A stretch of DNA of 64,000 bases from Gammaproteobacteria bacterium (GCA_012103475.1 WLWS01000001.1:641881-705880), one strand, 5' to 3'; numbered from the stretch's first letter, positions 11,384-22,367 are shown. Notes: generated by a model from the letters alone, not told the origin. Numbers and translations: made by a program.

Positions 11384-12574
11384 ATGAAATTCAGACTTAT
11401 CCTTTTTTCTGCCGTTCTCTTAAGTACCGGCTGCAACTCAGCGAATATCCGCAATATCGCAGATATTGCTAATGCTGATGATCCGGTTAAACAAGCCGGT
11501 CGTGTGCTGGAACAAAAAGGCCGAGACATTGCCAGCAACCCCGCAGCATTGCCGGCAGAAATAAAAAAACTGAAGACACGCATAGCCAAGTTTAAAAAAC
11601 TCATCGACGCCATCTGGGGTGAAGAAGATGCACCGGAAGCAGGTCCGAAAGACTATGTGAAATATACGGATCAGTATTACAACCGGGCACATATCGATTT
11701 TGAAGCCGGACTGGTTACAGTAGAAACCATTGCCCCTGAGAAACAACGCGATTACCTGAAAAAGGCAATTGTCACCACACTACTGACGCCCGATGATCCA
11801 AGACATGTCGACCTGTATTCTGACTCCAGCCCTCCTGAAACCGAATCTGTAAAACCTTTTTTATACGAACAGGTGCTCGACCATGAAGGCAAGGCCATTG
11901 CCTGGGCATGGCGGGCGGGCCGCTACGCTGATCATCTGATAAAAACCAGAACGAGTACGATAAAAATCGGCCAGCGTTCAGGTTTACGGGTTCAGTTTCC
12001 ACTCATCGCCTCACACAATCAATTACGCGCGTACAAGTATGCTGTGCTGGTTCAGAAATACGCACGCAAATACAAGGTCACGGAAAGCCTGATATACGGA
12101 GTCATTAAAACTGAAAGCAGTTTTAACCCTTTTGCAGTGAGTAAGGCACCAGCCTACGGTCTGATGCAAATCGTACCGAGCACAGCAGGACGTGACGTAT
12201 TCGAAAAGATTAAAGAGCGTCCCGGACAACCGAGTCCCGATTACCTTTACGATCCTGAGAACAATATTGATACGGGTACTGCCTATATAAAGATTCTGCA
12301 GGAGCGTTACCTCGCTGGCATCGACAATTCAAACGCGAAACGCTATTCGGTAATATCCGCTTACAATGGTGGCGCCGGCAATGTGATGAAAACATTTTCC
12401 TCTGACCGCAGAAAAGCTATCGATAAAATAAACAGCCTTTCTGCAAGCCAGGTATATGATCAATTAACGAAGAAGCACCCGAGTTCGGAATCAAGACGCT
12501 ATCTCTACAAAGTCAACGAGGCGCAAAAAGAATTCTGGAGCACAAACGGCTTCAAACCCGCCAATGGAAAATAG
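11384..12574 (+). CDS. mltC: Membrane-bound lytic murein transglycosylase (MltC-like lipoprotein)
   Basis: Signal peptide with lipobox LLSTGC. The C-terminal SLT domain carries the catalytic motif ESSFNP and GLMQI. Confidence 0.8.
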   Translation: MKFRLILFSAVLLSTGCNSANIRNIADIANADDPVKQAGRVLEQKGRDIASNPAALPAEIKKLKTRIAKFKKLIDAIWGEEDAPEAGPKDYVKYTDQYYNRAHIDFEAGLVTVETIAPEKQRDYLKKAIVTTLLTPDDPRHVDLYSDSSPPETESVKPFLYEQVLDHEGKAIAWAWRAGRYADHLIKTRTSTIKIGQRSGLRVQFPLIASHNQLRAYKYAVLVQKYARKYKVTESLIYGVIKTESSFNPFAVSKAPAYGLMQIVPSTAGRDVFEKIKERPGQPSPDYLYDPENNIDTGTAYIKILQERYLAGIDNSNAKRYSVISAYNGGAGNVMKTFSSDRRKAIDKINSLSASQVYDQLTKKHPSSESRRYLYKVNEAQKEFWSTNGFKPANGK

Positions 12575-12584
12575 CAAGCCAGCG

Positions 12585-13289
12585 CTAATCTTCTGCCACA
12601 GCCTTAATAATTTTTTCCAATAGCACTTTGCCGGTTGGTGTTGATTTTGACAACCAGTCGATATAAAGATCGATTTTTTCTTCTTCTGCTAATTGCCACT
12701 CAATCGTTGATGCACGAAGACGAGCACCGAGTTGATGCAGAGTAATTCCTGCACTCACTGACAGATTGAGACTCTGAGTGAACCCAAGCATGGGAATCTG
12801 TACATACTCATCAGCCATTTCATGAACCAGTTCACTGAGACCGGGCTCTTCTGAACCAAAACACAGAGCCGTCGGCTTTTCCAGATTCAGCTCATCAAGA
12901 CTGCTGCTCTCATCGCGCAAAGTCATGGCCACAAGCGTATGGCCGCGCTCTCTAAGTCTGCTCAGACAGATCTCTGTATTATTAGCTCCCTCTTCTTTAT
13001 AACGATGTATATCCATCCATTTGGATGCACCCTGAACCACGGCCGGGTTGATTTGATAAGGGTTGGTGTTTTCAATAATGTGAATTTCCTGAACGCCCAT
13101 ACATTCTGCACTACGGATCACCGCGCTGGCATTTTGTGCCTGATAAATGTCTTCCAGCACAACACTAAGATGGCGGGTACGCTGAGCAAGTATATTCTGC
13201 AATAAGAGTTGGCGTTGCGGATTGATTACTGCAGACAAAGAGTCAATGAGCTTCTGCTTCTGCTCATCATTTAATTCACTGATTGCCAC
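12585..13289 (-). CDS. trmH: SpoU/TrmH family tRNA/rRNA 2'-O-methyltransferase
   Basis: 234 aa. SPOUT motifs are present (FGSEEPGLS, IPMLGFTQSLNLSVS). Confidence 0.8.
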   Translation of the reverse strand: MAISELNDEQKQKLIDSLSAVINPQRQLLLQNILAQRTRHLSVVLEDIYQAQNASAVIRSAECMGVQEIHIIENTNPYQINPAVVQGASKWMDIHRYKEEGANNTEICLSRLRERGHTLVAMTLRDESSSLDELNLEKPTALCFGSEEPGLSELVHEMADEYVQIPMLGFTQSLNLSVSAGITLHQLGARLRASTIEWQLAEEEKIDLYIDWLSKSTPTGKVLLEKIIKAVAED

Positions 13290-13296
13290 TAATAAA

Positions 13297-13737
13297 TTAA
13301 TCGTTCAGCCTTTTTCGCTCGTTGTCTTCCCAGAACTCGCCTTCAACAATAACCGAACCCTGTTGATTTTGTTGGGAGTGCCGCTGCAGGGCCTGACGCA
13401 ACAGACCATTGGCAATATGCTCGCGAAACTGCGGCAAAAGACAAACGAAGCCCACAATATCTGTCAGCAGGCCCGGGGTTAGTAGAAGGATGCCTGAACA
13501 AAGCAATATCAGGCCACCTATCATGTCTGTAGCAGGCATTTCACCTTGTTGAAGTTTTAGCTGTACGCGTGACATGGTTTCCAGGCCCTGATGGCGTAAG
13601 AGTGCTGCACCCAGCGCCGCCGTAAACAGGCACAGGACTATAGTAGGCAGAGCACCAAAATAACTGCCTACATGGATGAGCAGATAAAGCTCAGCCAGTG
13701 GCGTAAAAACAAACAGAAGAAAGAGTATTCGGAACAC
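13297..13737 (-). CDS. fxsA: FxsA family membrane protein
   Basis: 146 aa. The N-terminus, with PLAELYLLI and a following TM pattern, is typical of FxsA. Confidence 0.8.
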   Translation of the reverse strand: MFRILFLLFVFTPLAELYLLIHVGSYFGALPTIVLCLFTAALGAALLRHQGLETMSRVQLKLQQGEMPATDMIGGLILLCSGILLLTPGLLTDIVGFVCLLPQFREHIANGLLRQALQRHSQQNQQGSVIVEGEFWEDNERKRLND

Positions 13738-13832
13738 CGTATTCAGATAATTGTCAGAAAAATAGCTTATTGTTCAATGTATTGGCAAAATAGCAGTTTT
13801 CAAGTCCCAAAACAGAGTTATTTAAAACAAAA

Positions 13833-14132
13833 ATGGCCGATTCATCGACAGAATTATTGATAATGTTCTCCTGCAAAGGCTCTATCACCGCTAAAAAAAT
13901 TGCCACCGAAGTAATTGCGACTGAGCTTGGTTCAAGCGTACGCATAATTAACGGCGTGAATTCATACTTCCGCTGGGTCGGGAAAGTCGAGAATGCTGAA
14001 GAACAGTTATTACTGATAAGGACCAATAGCGGAGTTTATTCGGACCTCGAACAAACGATAAAAAGACTACATCATCATGAACTTCCGGAGATTAGCGTAG
14101 TCCCTATCAGTATCGGTTTTCCAGACATATAA
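13833..14132 (+). CDS. cutA: Divalent-cation tolerance protein CutA
   Basis: 99 aa. CutA1-like core (SYFRWVGKVE...HHHELPEI). It lies directly upstream of dsbD, as in E. coli cutA-dipZ. Confidence 0.85.
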   Translation: MADSSTELLIMFSCKGSITAKKIATEVIATELGSSVRIINGVNSYFRWVGKVENAEEQLLLIRTNSGVYSDLEQTIKRLHHHELPEISVVPISIGFPDI

Positions 14133-14147
14133 CTCTCCCGACAATTC

Positions 14148-16004
14148 ATGTTGCAACGGATCCTACAGATACTTGCTATTGCTCTGGTGCTTGGGTCACA
14201 AGTGGCCTTTGCCCAATCGCTGACAGACAGACTCAACGCTGCTTTCGGTGGTTCGACAGAGGAAGATGAAATTCTCTCGCCAGAAGTTGCTTTTCAGCTC
14301 ACTGCTGAAGTTGCCAGCTCCGAACTGATAAAACTGGAATTTCAAATCGAAGATGGTTACTACCTGTATCGGGATAAATTCAAATTTTCTATCGACGAGG
14401 CAGATAGCCGCATCGATCAAAATAAAGTAAGCATCCCTGCCGGTAAGATGAAAGAAGATCCGGCTTTTGGCAAAGTCGAGATTAATACCGGAGACATTCA
14501 GCTTGGCCTGCCTTTATATCGGGATCGGAGTCAGACTGAAGATGTAAGACTCAAAGTTGGCTATCAGGGTTGTAAAGAAGATTCTGTTTGTTATCCGCCA
14601 ATTACCCGTGAACTTACTTTATCCTTACCCGCACTGATTGCCAGCGCAAATGCCTCCACTGTTGATAGCGTCGTTCCAGTAACAACAGTCAAAACGCAGT
14701 CGGCTCAAGATGCGATCACAGACAAACTAAAAGCAGGAAATCTTCTGCTGAATATTCTCGCTTTCTTTGGTTTCGGTTTGTTGCTATCTCTGACGCCCTG
14801 TGTTTTCCCGATGATCCCCATTCTGTCCGGAATTATAGTTGGTCAGGGCAATGATATTAACCCGCGACGCGCTTTTAGCCTGTCTCTCTTTTATGTGTTG
14901 GCTATGGCCATTACTTATGCCGTACTCGGCGTTATCGCCGGTCTGTTCCACATCAACCTGCAGGCAGCCTTCCAGAACCCCTGGATTATCAGTCTTTTCA
15001 GTGCAGTGTTCGTTGGTCTGGCACTGTCCATGTTTGGTTTTTTTGAATTGCAGTTGCCGGCTTCTCTGCAAACCCGCCTCAATATCATGAGCAATTCACA
15101 AGAGGGAGGCACACTGAAAGGTGCGGCAATGATGGGCGCCTTATCAGCTATTATTGTCGGCCCCTGTGTTGCACCACCACTGGCAGGCGCGCTTCTCTAT
15201 ATAAGTCAGACCGGCAATGCCCTGCTTGGCGGTACGGCCTTGTTTGCCATGGGTCTTGGCTTCGGCGTCCCCTTACTCATCATCGGCAGCTCGGCCGGTT
15301 CACTGTTGCCCAAAGCCGGAGCCTGGATGGACAGCATCAAACGGGTTTTTGGTGTTGTCATGCTGGCTGTTGCAATCTGGTTTCTGGAACGGATTCTGCC
15401 CGCACAAGTTGGACTACTGCTGTGGTCAGCACTATTGATTGTTTCAGCTGTGTATCTTGGCGCGCTTGATGGTGTCGACAAAAAAGCCGGCTGGTCGCAA
15501 CTATGGAAAGGCCTTGGTGTTGTTTTTCTGATATATGGTCTGGTTCTGATCATTGGCGCTGCGAGTGGCGGCAAAAGTGTCTATCGACCGTTAGAGGCTC
15601 TGAGCACTGGCAACAACACCACGCAAACACAGCAACATTTGTCGTTCACCAGGATTAAGAATATTGAACAGCTATCAACGGCAATCGAAAAAGCCGGTGA
15701 GCAGGGTAAAACCCTGATGCTCGATTTTTACGCAGACTGGTGCGTCGTCTGTAAGGAAATGGAGGAATATACATTCTCCGATCCCGAGGTCCAGAAACTC
15801 CTGCAGAACACAATTCTTGTTCAGGCTGACGTCACCGCCAACGACGCAGAGGATCGCGCCTTGTTGAAAAAATATGATCTTTATGGCCCACCCGCAATTT
15901 TGTTCTTTAGCCACAATGGGCAGGAACAACTGCCTTATAGGGTGGTAGGCTTCCTTGAAGCGAGTAAGTTCGCCCGCCACATTACGGAATTAATGAAAAT
16001 CTAA
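14148..16004 (+). CDS. dsbD: Thiol:disulfide interchange protein DsbD
   Basis: 618 aa. It has a signal peptide, an N-terminal domain with a Cys pair, a central multi-TM domain (TPCVFPMIP / GPCVAPP), and a C-terminal thioredoxin domain (WCVVC). Confidence 0.92.
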   Translation: MLQRILQILAIALVLGSQVAFAQSLTDRLNAAFGGSTEEDEILSPEVAFQLTAEVASSELIKLEFQIEDGYYLYRDKFKFSIDEADSRIDQNKVSIPAGKMKEDPAFGKVEINTGDIQLGLPLYRDRSQTEDVRLKVGYQGCKEDSVCYPPITRELTLSLPALIASANASTVDSVVPVTTVKTQSAQDAITDKLKAGNLLLNILAFFGFGLLLSLTPCVFPMIPILSGIIVGQGNDINPRRAFSLSLFYVLAMAITYAVLGVIAGLFHINLQAAFQNPWIISLFSAVFVGLALSMFGFFELQLPASLQTRLNIMSNSQEGGTLKGAAMMGALSAIIVGPCVAPPLAGALLYISQTGNALLGGTALFAMGLGFGVPLLIIGSSAGSLLPKAGAWMDSIKRVFGVVMLAVAIWFLERILPAQVGLLLWSALLIVSAVYLGALDGVDKKAGWSQLWKGLGVVFLIYGLVLIIGAASGGKSVYRPLEALSTGNNTTQTQQHLSFTRIKNIEQLSTAIEKAGEQGKTLMLDFYADWCVVCKEMEEYTFSDPEVQKLLQNTILVQADVTANDAEDRALLKKYDLYGPPAILFFSHNGQEQLPYRVVGFLEASKFARHITELMKI

Positions 16005-16570
16005 TGAAAAAACTGACTCTCGTTGTAAGTGTTCTCGGTCTAAGTATCATTGCCGGCTATGCTGGTTTCAGCCTGAGTAAATCAACAAACAGTGACGACA
16101 GAAAGATTCCTGTCTCAGCCAGCATACCAACAATACAGAACGATCATATTATCGGCAGTCTTCGGCCCGATTTCAGCCTCCTCGACGTAGACGGCCAGAT
16201 GCGCAATGTTAGCGAATGGGACGGTAAAGTCGTCGCCATTAATTTCTGGGCAACATGGTGCCCGCCCTGTATCAAGGAAATACCAGAATTCGTCGAACTC
16301 CAGCACAAGTTCGAAGCCGAGGGTCTGCAATTTATTGGTATCGCCTTACAGCGCGCTGAGGAAGTCACTGAGTTTATGGAAAAAACCGGTATGAATTACC
16401 CGGTGCTTGTTGGTGAAATGGAGGTCATCAAGATCGCTGAGTCCTATGGTAATGACATCGGTGCACTACCCTACACGGTTATTCTCAATCGCGAGGGGCG
16501 GATTGAACTCGTCAAACGTGGGCCTCTGGCTGGTGCAGACGCTGAAGCCGCGATCAGCAAATTATTATAG
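16004..16570 (+). CDS. TlpA/ResA-family periplasmic thiol-disulfide oxidoreductase
   Basis: 188 aa. It has an N-terminal TM anchor and a thioredoxin motif WATWCPPC. The start overlaps the dsbD stop (TAATG). Confidence 0.8.
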   Translation: MKKLTLVVSVLGLSIIAGYAGFSLSKSTNSDDRKIPVSASIPTIQNDHIIGSLRPDFSLLDVDGQMRNVSEWDGKVVAINFWATWCPPCIKEIPEFVELQHKFEAEGLQFIGIALQRAEEVTEFMEKTGMNYPVLVGEMEVIKIAESYGNDIGALPYTVILNREGRIELVKRGPLAGADAEAAISKLL

Positions 16571-16664
16571 TTAATTAACTTAACTCTCCTAATTCCCGTT
16601 AATTTCTGCTAACCTGCGCTCAAAATCGCCGAACATGGCGGAAATTGAATTTTTGAGAGATAAG

Positions 16665-17102
16665 ATGGCTAATATTCTGGTCCTGCATGGCCCAAATCTA
16701 AATCTGCTCGGTTCGCGTGAGCCGGAAGTCTATGGCAGCACCACTCTGGCAGAAATTGACCAGATTCTTGGGGCTGAGGCGAAACAGCTTGGTCACCAGT
16801 TACAGACCTTTCAAAGTAACGCCGAGCATGATCTGATCAACCGTATCCACACGGCCAAAAGCGATGGTGTCAGCTTTATTCTGATCAACCCAGGCGCCTT
16901 CACGCATACCAGCATTGCCCTGCGCGATGCCTTTCTCGGCACACAATTACCTTTTATCGAGGTGCATATTTCCAATGTTTTTGCCCGCGAGGAATTCAGA
17001 CAGCAATCCTATTTGTCTGATGCCGCTGTCGGCATAGTCAGTGGCCTCGGTGTGCAGGGTTACCAGCTTGCTCTGCAGGCAGCCCATAAACAAATAAATT
17101 AA
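16665..17102 (+). CDS. aroQ: Type II 3-dehydroquinate dehydratase
   Basis: [24 protein letters not shown] is the canonical AroQ N-terminus. The ORF track starts 10 codons earlier, at 16635. Confidence 0.92.
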   Translation: MANILVLHGPNLNLLGSREPEVYGSTTLAEIDQILGAEAKQLGHQLQTFQSNAEHDLINRIHTAKSDGVSFILINPGAFTHTSIALRDAFLGTQLPFIEVHISNVFAREEFRQQSYLSDAAVGIVSGLGVQGYQLALQAAHKQIN

Positions 17103-17119
17103 AAGAACGACAAAGTATT

Positions 17120-17596
17120 ATGGATATTCGAAAAGTAAAAAAACTTATAGAGTTACTGGAAGAGTCCGGTGTTGCTGAAATTGAGATACATGAAGGAGAA
17201 GAATCGGTTCGTATTAGCAGAGGTCATAGCCTTGCACCTGCTCCTGCTCCTGCTTCTGCAATACATCAGGTCGCGGCGGCAAATCCTGCTCCGGCTCCGG
17301 CTCCGGCGACTACGGACACTAGCTTTGCTGTTGCCAACGACGAACCCGAAGAGCTCGGCGACATTGTCAATGCACCCATGGTCGGAATTTTTTATGAAGC
17401 GCTGGCTCCTGGTAAACCTAACTTTGTCGAACTGGGGCAATCAGTAAAAAAAGGCGACGTACTTTGTATTATCGAAGCCATGAAAATCATGAACCAGGTA
17501 GAATCCGAGTACAGCGGTGTTATCAGCAAGATCATGGTTGAAAACGGCGAACCGGTGGAGTACGGCCAGCCCTTATTCCTGATTCGCGAAGCCTGA
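17120..17596 (+). CDS. accB: Acetyl-CoA carboxylase biotin carboxyl carrier protein
   Basis: 158 aa. It has an Ala/Pro-rich linker and the biotinylation motif EAMKIMN. Confidence 0.95.
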   Translation: MDIRKVKKLIELLEESGVAEIEIHEGEESVRISRGHSLAPAPAPASAIHQVAAANPAPAPAPATTDTSFAVANDEPEELGDIVNAPMVGIFYEALAPGKPNFVELGQSVKKGDVLCIIEAMKIMNQVESEYSGVISKIMVENGEPVEYGQPLFLIREA

Positions 17597-17660
17597 GCGC
17601 CTGCGCCTGTTTTCATAGTCGTTTTTTCAATATTACTCTTTCATAAGTCAATCACTATTC

Positions 17661-19004
17661 ATGCTTGAAAAGGTTGTTATCGCAAACCGGGGGGAAATCG
17701 CACTGCGTATTCTGCGTGCATGTCATGAACTCGGCATTAAAACAGTGGCAGTCTTCTCAGAAGTCGACAGAGAACAAAAACATGTGTTTCTCGCCGATGA
17801 AGCGGTTTGCATCGGTCCTGCTGCATCAGCAGAAAGCTATCTGAATATACCTTCTGTGATTAGCGCTGCAGAAGTCAGCGATGCCGTAGCTATTCATCCC
17901 GGCTATGGTTTTCTATCCGAGAATGCCGATTTCGCCGAACGAGTAGAAAAGAGTGGTTTTATTTTTATCGGTCCGCGCGCAGAAACGATTCGCCTGATGG
18001 GAGACAAAGTCTCTGCGATCAAAACCATGAAAGACGCGGGTATACCCTGCGTTCCTGGTTCCGATGGACCTCTGGGTGAAGATATGGATGAGATTAGCCT
18101 TATCGCCAGAGAGATAGGCTACCCGGTTATCATCAAGGCTTCAGGCGGCGGCGGAGGTCGCGGTATGCGTGTTGTTCATTCTGAAGCCTCGTTGAAAAAT
18201 GCCATATCCATGACCAAGAGTGAAGCTCTTGTCGCTTTTGGCAATGATATGGTTTACATGGAAAAATTTCTTGAGCACCCGCGGCACATAGAAATTCAGG
18301 TACTGGCTGATGAACATGGCAACGTCATTCATCTCGGTGAACGCGATTGTTCAATGCAAAGACGACATCAAAAAGTCATTGAAGAAGCACCAGCTCCTGG
18401 CATCACCGATGCGATCCGAAAAGAGATCGGTAATCGCTGTGTCGAGGCCTGCCGTGCTATAAGTTATCGCGGTGCCGGCACTTTCGAGTTCCTGTATGAA
18501 GACGGAAATTTCTATTTTATTGAAATGAATACGCGCGTGCAGGTTGAACATCCGGTGACGGAAATGATTACCGGAGTCGATATTGTTAAAGAACAATTGC
18601 GCATTGCCAATAGCGAAGAACTAAAAATCAGGCAAAAAGATATTCGTTTCAATGGTCATGCAATTGAATGTCGAATCAATGCTGAAGATCCCGACACCTT
18701 CATGCCTTCACCCGGCACCGTCGAACACTTTCATCCGCCAGGCGGTCCCGGCATACGTGTTGAAACTCATGTCTATCAAGGCTACAAAATCCCGCCCCAC
18801 TATGACTCCATGATAGGTAAAATTATTGCTCACAGCGAATCCAGAGAACTCGCTCTGGCGCGAATGAAAATGGCACTTGCCGAAGTAGTAATTGATGGCA
18901 TCAAGACAAATATTCCCCTGCACCAGCGTCTTATTGATGACGGCTCTTTCATGGCAGGCGGAACGGATATTCATTATCTGGAAAATAAACTGGGTCTGAA
19001 ATAA
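17661..19004 (+). CDS. accC: Acetyl-CoA carboxylase biotin carboxylase subunit
   Basis: 447 aa. It has an ATP-grasp fold with [10 protein letters not shown] and [14 protein letters not shown]. Confidence 0.97.
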   Translation: MLEKVVIANRGEIALRILRACHELGIKTVAVFSEVDREQKHVFLADEAVCIGPAASAESYLNIPSVISAAEVSDAVAIHPGYGFLSENADFAERVEKSGFIFIGPRAETIRLMGDKVSAIKTMKDAGIPCVPGSDGPLGEDMDEISLIAREIGYPVIIKASGGGGGRGMRVVHSEASLKNAISMTKSEALVAFGNDMVYMEKFLEHPRHIEIQVLADEHGNVIHLGERDCSMQRRHQKVIEEAPAPGITDAIRKEIGNRCVEACRAISYRGAGTFEFLYEDGNFYFIEMNTRVQVEHPVTEMITGVDIVKEQLRIANSEELKIRQKDIRFNGHAIECRINAEDPDTFMPSPGTVEHFHPPGGPGIRVETHVYQGYKIPPHYDSMIGKIIAHSESRELALARMKMALAEVVIDGIKTNIPLHQRLIDDGSFMAGGTDIHYLENKLGLK

Positions 19005-19019
19005 ACGGCGCCTGAAACC

Positions 19020-19901
19020 ATGCCCTGGCTGCGACTAACACTTGACTGTAAAGAGGAGTTCGTAGAGCCGCTATCACAACTGTTTGAACAATTCTCAGCA
19101 ATAGCCGTCAGTCACGAAGCAATAAGCGACGAAAAACTCTATGCCGGCGTCGCCGCCGATCCCGTTTACTGGCATAAAACTGCTGTATCAGCCCTGTTTG
19201 ATGACAGCATCGATATGGACATACTACTTGCCTGTGCACGCAACCGTATCGGCACTGAGAACCTGCTTGGCAATCAAATCGAAGCTGTCAAAGACAACAA
19301 CTGGCTGGAAGCACACAAAGCCGATCATGGCGAACTGGTTTTTAACAACAAACTTTGTATTCACCCGCAATGGGTAGAGCCCGAGCGCGATTATTCACAC
19401 AAACTTGTACTTGAACCCGGCCTTGCTTTTGGCAGTGGACGTCATGACACGACTTCATTGTGTCTTGACTGGCTGGCCCGTACCGACTTGCAGGGGCAAA
19501 ATCTTATCGATTACGGATGCGGCTCTGGAATTCTGGCCCTGTCCGCCGCGCTGCTTGGCGCCAGTCACGTAACCGCAATCGACATTGATCCACAGGCGCT
19601 GGAGGCCAGTCGCTCAAACGCTGAAGTAAACTCGCTAACAGATGCTTTAACTATTCTTGATGCTGAAACACCTGACTTGCCTGAAGTAGATATCCTCATG
19701 GCCAATATTCTTCTGAATCCGCTGCTGGATCTGGCTGAGAAGATCAGTAGACTGGTGCGGGAAGATGGCCACCTGATTTTATCCGGCGTATTATCCGTGC
19801 AGGCGGAAGAGTGCGCGGCAGCCTATTCTCCCTGGTTCATTATGAATGAACCAGTCTTTCTAAACGAATGGGCACGACTTGAAGGCCGGCGTCGCGCCTA
19901 A
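19020..19901 (+). CDS. prmA: Ribosomal protein L11 methyltransferase
   Basis: 293 aa. It has the SAM motif DYGCGSGILA and conserved position after accBC. Confidence 0.9.
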   Translation: MPWLRLTLDCKEEFVEPLSQLFEQFSAIAVSHEAISDEKLYAGVAADPVYWHKTAVSALFDDSIDMDILLACARNRIGTENLLGNQIEAVKDNNWLEAHKADHGELVFNNKLCIHPQWVEPERDYSHKLVLEPGLAFGSGRHDTTSLCLDWLARTDLQGQNLIDYGCGSGILALSAALLGASHVTAIDIDPQALEASRSNAEVNSLTDALTILDAETPDLPEVDILMANILLNPLLDLAEKISRLVREDGHLILSGVLSVQAEECAAAYSPWFIMNEPVFLNEWARLEGRRRA

Positions 19902-19930
19902 GCCAGAAACGCTGTCTAAAAATATCAATA

Positions 19931-20908
19931 ATGTTTACTAATTGCCCAGCCTGTTCACGTCAGTTTCGAGTCAGAGCCAGTCAGCTGGCCAGCGCAGAAG
20001 GCCTGGTGCAGTGCGGTTTTTGTGGCCGGCAATTCAACGCTCTGGAACGTCTTTATGACAAACCGATACATCTTGAGCAAAAACCAGTTCCTGTCGTTGA
20101 TCAGGATACTGCCATCGAGTCGGAATTTTTTATTCCTGAGCAGGAAGAAAACTCTGACGGCGAAAATGATACAGAACCGGGTAAAAAAATCGATCCTGAT
20201 GACTTTCAGATTGAATTACCCGATTCTCTTTCTGAACATGAGAAAGACACAGAACCAGAAGTAAGTGCTACAGAAGACTCTACCTTCACCTTTGAACTGG
20301 CAAATGAACCGGTAATTGCCAGCTCTAAAGAATCACCTATCACTGCAAAACAGCCTGTGCCTGACAGCCAGGACGAGGTCGTCGAATATCCTTTCCCCGA
20401 AGAGCTCGTAAACGAAGAAGCTATAAAGCCCGGCAGATTATCCAGAGCCTTCTGGTCAATGGGCGTGCTGGTATTGCTCACAGGTGGTATAACGCAGGCC
20501 GTCTGGTTTCAAAGAGATATGCTGTTAAGTCAATATCCCGAACTGCTGCCCTACGCCAGAGAACTGTGTGATCAACTCGATTGTGTACTCATTCGCAACA
20601 GAAACGTGTCAGCAATAAAGTTGCTCAATCGAGATGTGAGGATTCACCCACGTTATGAGGATGCTCTACTCGTCAACGCTACCATTACTAATCTATCCAG
20701 ATACACACAACGCTTTCCAGATGTACTACTCAGCCTCCTGGACAGCAATGGCGAAGTAATCGGTTACCGGCAAATTCCGGCTAAGGAGTATCTCGACACA
20801 AGTATTGATATAGAGTCCGGAATGCCGCCAGACAAGCCAATCCACTTTGTCTTTGAAGTCGCTAACGCCAGCACTGAAGCTGTCAGTTTTGAGTTCGACT
20901 TTCTCTAA
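19931..20908 (+). CDS. Zinc-ribbon (MJ0042-type) / DUF3426 membrane protein
   Basis: The N-terminal CPAC...CGFC zinc ribbon is followed by an acidic low-complexity linker, one TM, and a C-terminal DUF3426-like beta domain. Confidence 0.7.
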   Translation: MFTNCPACSRQFRVRASQLASAEGLVQCGFCGRQFNALERLYDKPIHLEQKPVPVVDQDTAIESEFFIPEQEENSDGENDTEPGKKIDPDDFQIELPDSLSEHEKDTEPEVSATEDSTFTFELANEPVIASSKESPITAKQPVPDSQDEVVEYPFPEELVNEEAIKPGRLSRAFWSMGVLVLLTGGITQAVWFQRDMLLSQYPELLPYARELCDQLDCVLIRNRNVSAIKLLNRDVRIHPRYEDALLVNATITNLSRYTQRFPDVLLSLLDSNGEVIGYRQIPAKEYLDTSIDIESGMPPDKPIHFVFEVANASTEAVSFEFDFL

Positions 20909-21043
20909 GCAGGCCAGATTTATTCTTTCCGGGTAATTCTGCTGCCAGCACACAGGAACTGCTTTAATCCGCCACAGATTGTCGCTATCATTAAGTCCAT
21001 AAATAACCGCTCCGGCGTAAATAAGAAGCGGACGCCAATTCGG

Positions 21044-22027
21044 ATGAAAATAGGCTCTCACGTACTCAAAAACAATCTTGTACTGGCACCTATGGCAGGT
21101 GTCACTGATAAGCCCTTTCGGCAGCTCTGCAGAGAGTTAGGTGCCGGATTGTTGGTGTCAGAAATGATCACATCAAACCCGTCGCTGTTTAGTTCAAGAA
21201 AAACCCGACAAAGGCTTGACCACAGCAATGAAGCTGCACCGGTTGTTGTACAAATCGCCGGAGCCGATCCGATCATGATGGCGAATGCCGCTGTTTTTAA
21301 TGTTGAACATGGTGCCGATATTATTGATATCAACATGGGCTGCCCGGCAAAGAAAGTTTGTAATGTAATGGCCGGTTCTGCCCTTATGCAGGATGAAGCT
21401 TTAGTAACAAAGATTCTCGAGGCCGTCGTCGCTGCTGTGGATGTTCCGGTGACACTTAAAATTCGAAGCGGCTGGAATGATGAAAACAAGAATGCAAAAA
21501 CTATCGCCCTTATCGCAGAGAAGTGCGGCATTCAGGCACTCAGTATTCATGGTAGAACACGCGCCTCTAGCTTTAAAGGCAAAGCAGAACACGATACAGC
21601 AAAGGCCGTTAAAGCCTCGGTATCAATACCCATTATTGCTAATGGAGATATCAACAGCCCTGAGGAAGCCGCGCGGGTACTCAAGTACAGCGGGGCCGAC
21701 GCCATCATGATTGGCCGCGCCGCACAGGGCAGGCCCTGGATATTCAGGGAAATCGCCCACTATCTGGAAACCGGTGAACATCTGCCAGCACCGGACAATC
21801 TGGAAGTGGCTGATATTTTGAGTGGACATTTGCGCAGCCTCTACGATTTCTATGGTGAATATCTTGGTGTACGTATTGCCAGAAAACATATCGGCTGGTA
21901 TTGCAGGGAGCAGCACAAAGCGAAAACAATGCTTGGTCTTGTCAATCAGACCGAAGATTGCTCAAGACAGTTGAAAATAGTCGAAACGTATTTTCAGGAA
22001 CAAGAGCAAAGGAAGATTGCTGCATGA
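21044..22027 (+). CDS. dusB: tRNA-dihydrouridine synthase B
   Basis: 327 aa. LAPMAGVTD and INMGCPAKKV motifs are present. Its stop overlaps the fis ATG (ATGA). Confidence 0.93.
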   Translation: MKIGSHVLKNNLVLAPMAGVTDKPFRQLCRELGAGLLVSEMITSNPSLFSSRKTRQRLDHSNEAAPVVVQIAGADPIMMANAAVFNVEHGADIIDINMGCPAKKVCNVMAGSALMQDEALVTKILEAVVAAVDVPVTLKIRSGWNDENKNAKTIALIAEKCGIQALSIHGRTRASSFKGKAEHDTAKAVKASVSIPIIANGDINSPEEAARVLKYSGADAIMIGRAAQGRPWIFREIAHYLETGEHLPAPDNLEVADILSGHLRSLYDFYGEYLGVRIARKHIGWYCREQHKAKTMLGLVNQTEDCSRQLKIVETYFQEQEQRKIAA

Positions 22028-22320
22028 ACGTGGCCAGGAAAAAAGGCAAACAGAAGCGAAAGAAGGCAAAAGTCACGCCTGCGACAAAAGATAAATGCCT
22101 TTCTGAAAGTGTAAGCGACGCTCTGGAAAAATACTTCAAAGACATGGACGGACATGAACCGGCAAATTTGTATGACTTGATCATAGCTCAGGTAGAAAAG
22201 CCCCTGATTGAAAGTGTGATTGAAAACAGTCGTGGAAACATTTCGCGGGCTGCCCAGGTTCTTGGCCTGAACAGAGCAACACTTCGCAATCGCATGCAAA
22301 AATACGGCATCGATAAGTAA
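22024..22320 (+). CDS. fis: DNA-binding protein Fis
   Basis: 98 aa from the ATG at 22024. The C-terminal [29 protein letters not shown] matches Fis. The ORF-track N-terminal extension overlaps dusB and is not credited. Confidence 0.92.
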   Translation: MNVARKKGKQKRKKAKVTPATKDKCLSESVSDALEKYFKDMDGHEPANLYDLIIAQVEKPLIESVIENSRGNISRAAQVLGLNRATLRNRMQKYGIDK

Positions 22321-22367
22321 GAATTACACATTCTGATTCAGAATTATTAAACGCTCAAGGAGAGCCT

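Noticed and set aside
17225-17310. Apparent tandem DNA repeat (GCTCCTGCTCCTGCT... / GCTCCGGCTCCGGCTCCGGCG)
   Set aside because: It encodes the Ala-Pro-rich flexible linker of AccB (APAPAPA...APAPAPA). This is a normal feature of biotin carboxyl carrier proteins, not a noncoding repeat.
20100-20420. Highly acidic low-complexity stretch, which might suggest a noncoding or repeat region
   Set aside because: It is the in-frame acidic linker of the zinc-ribbon/DUF3426 protein, between the N-terminal zinc ribbon and the TM segment. The reading frame stays open and coherent.
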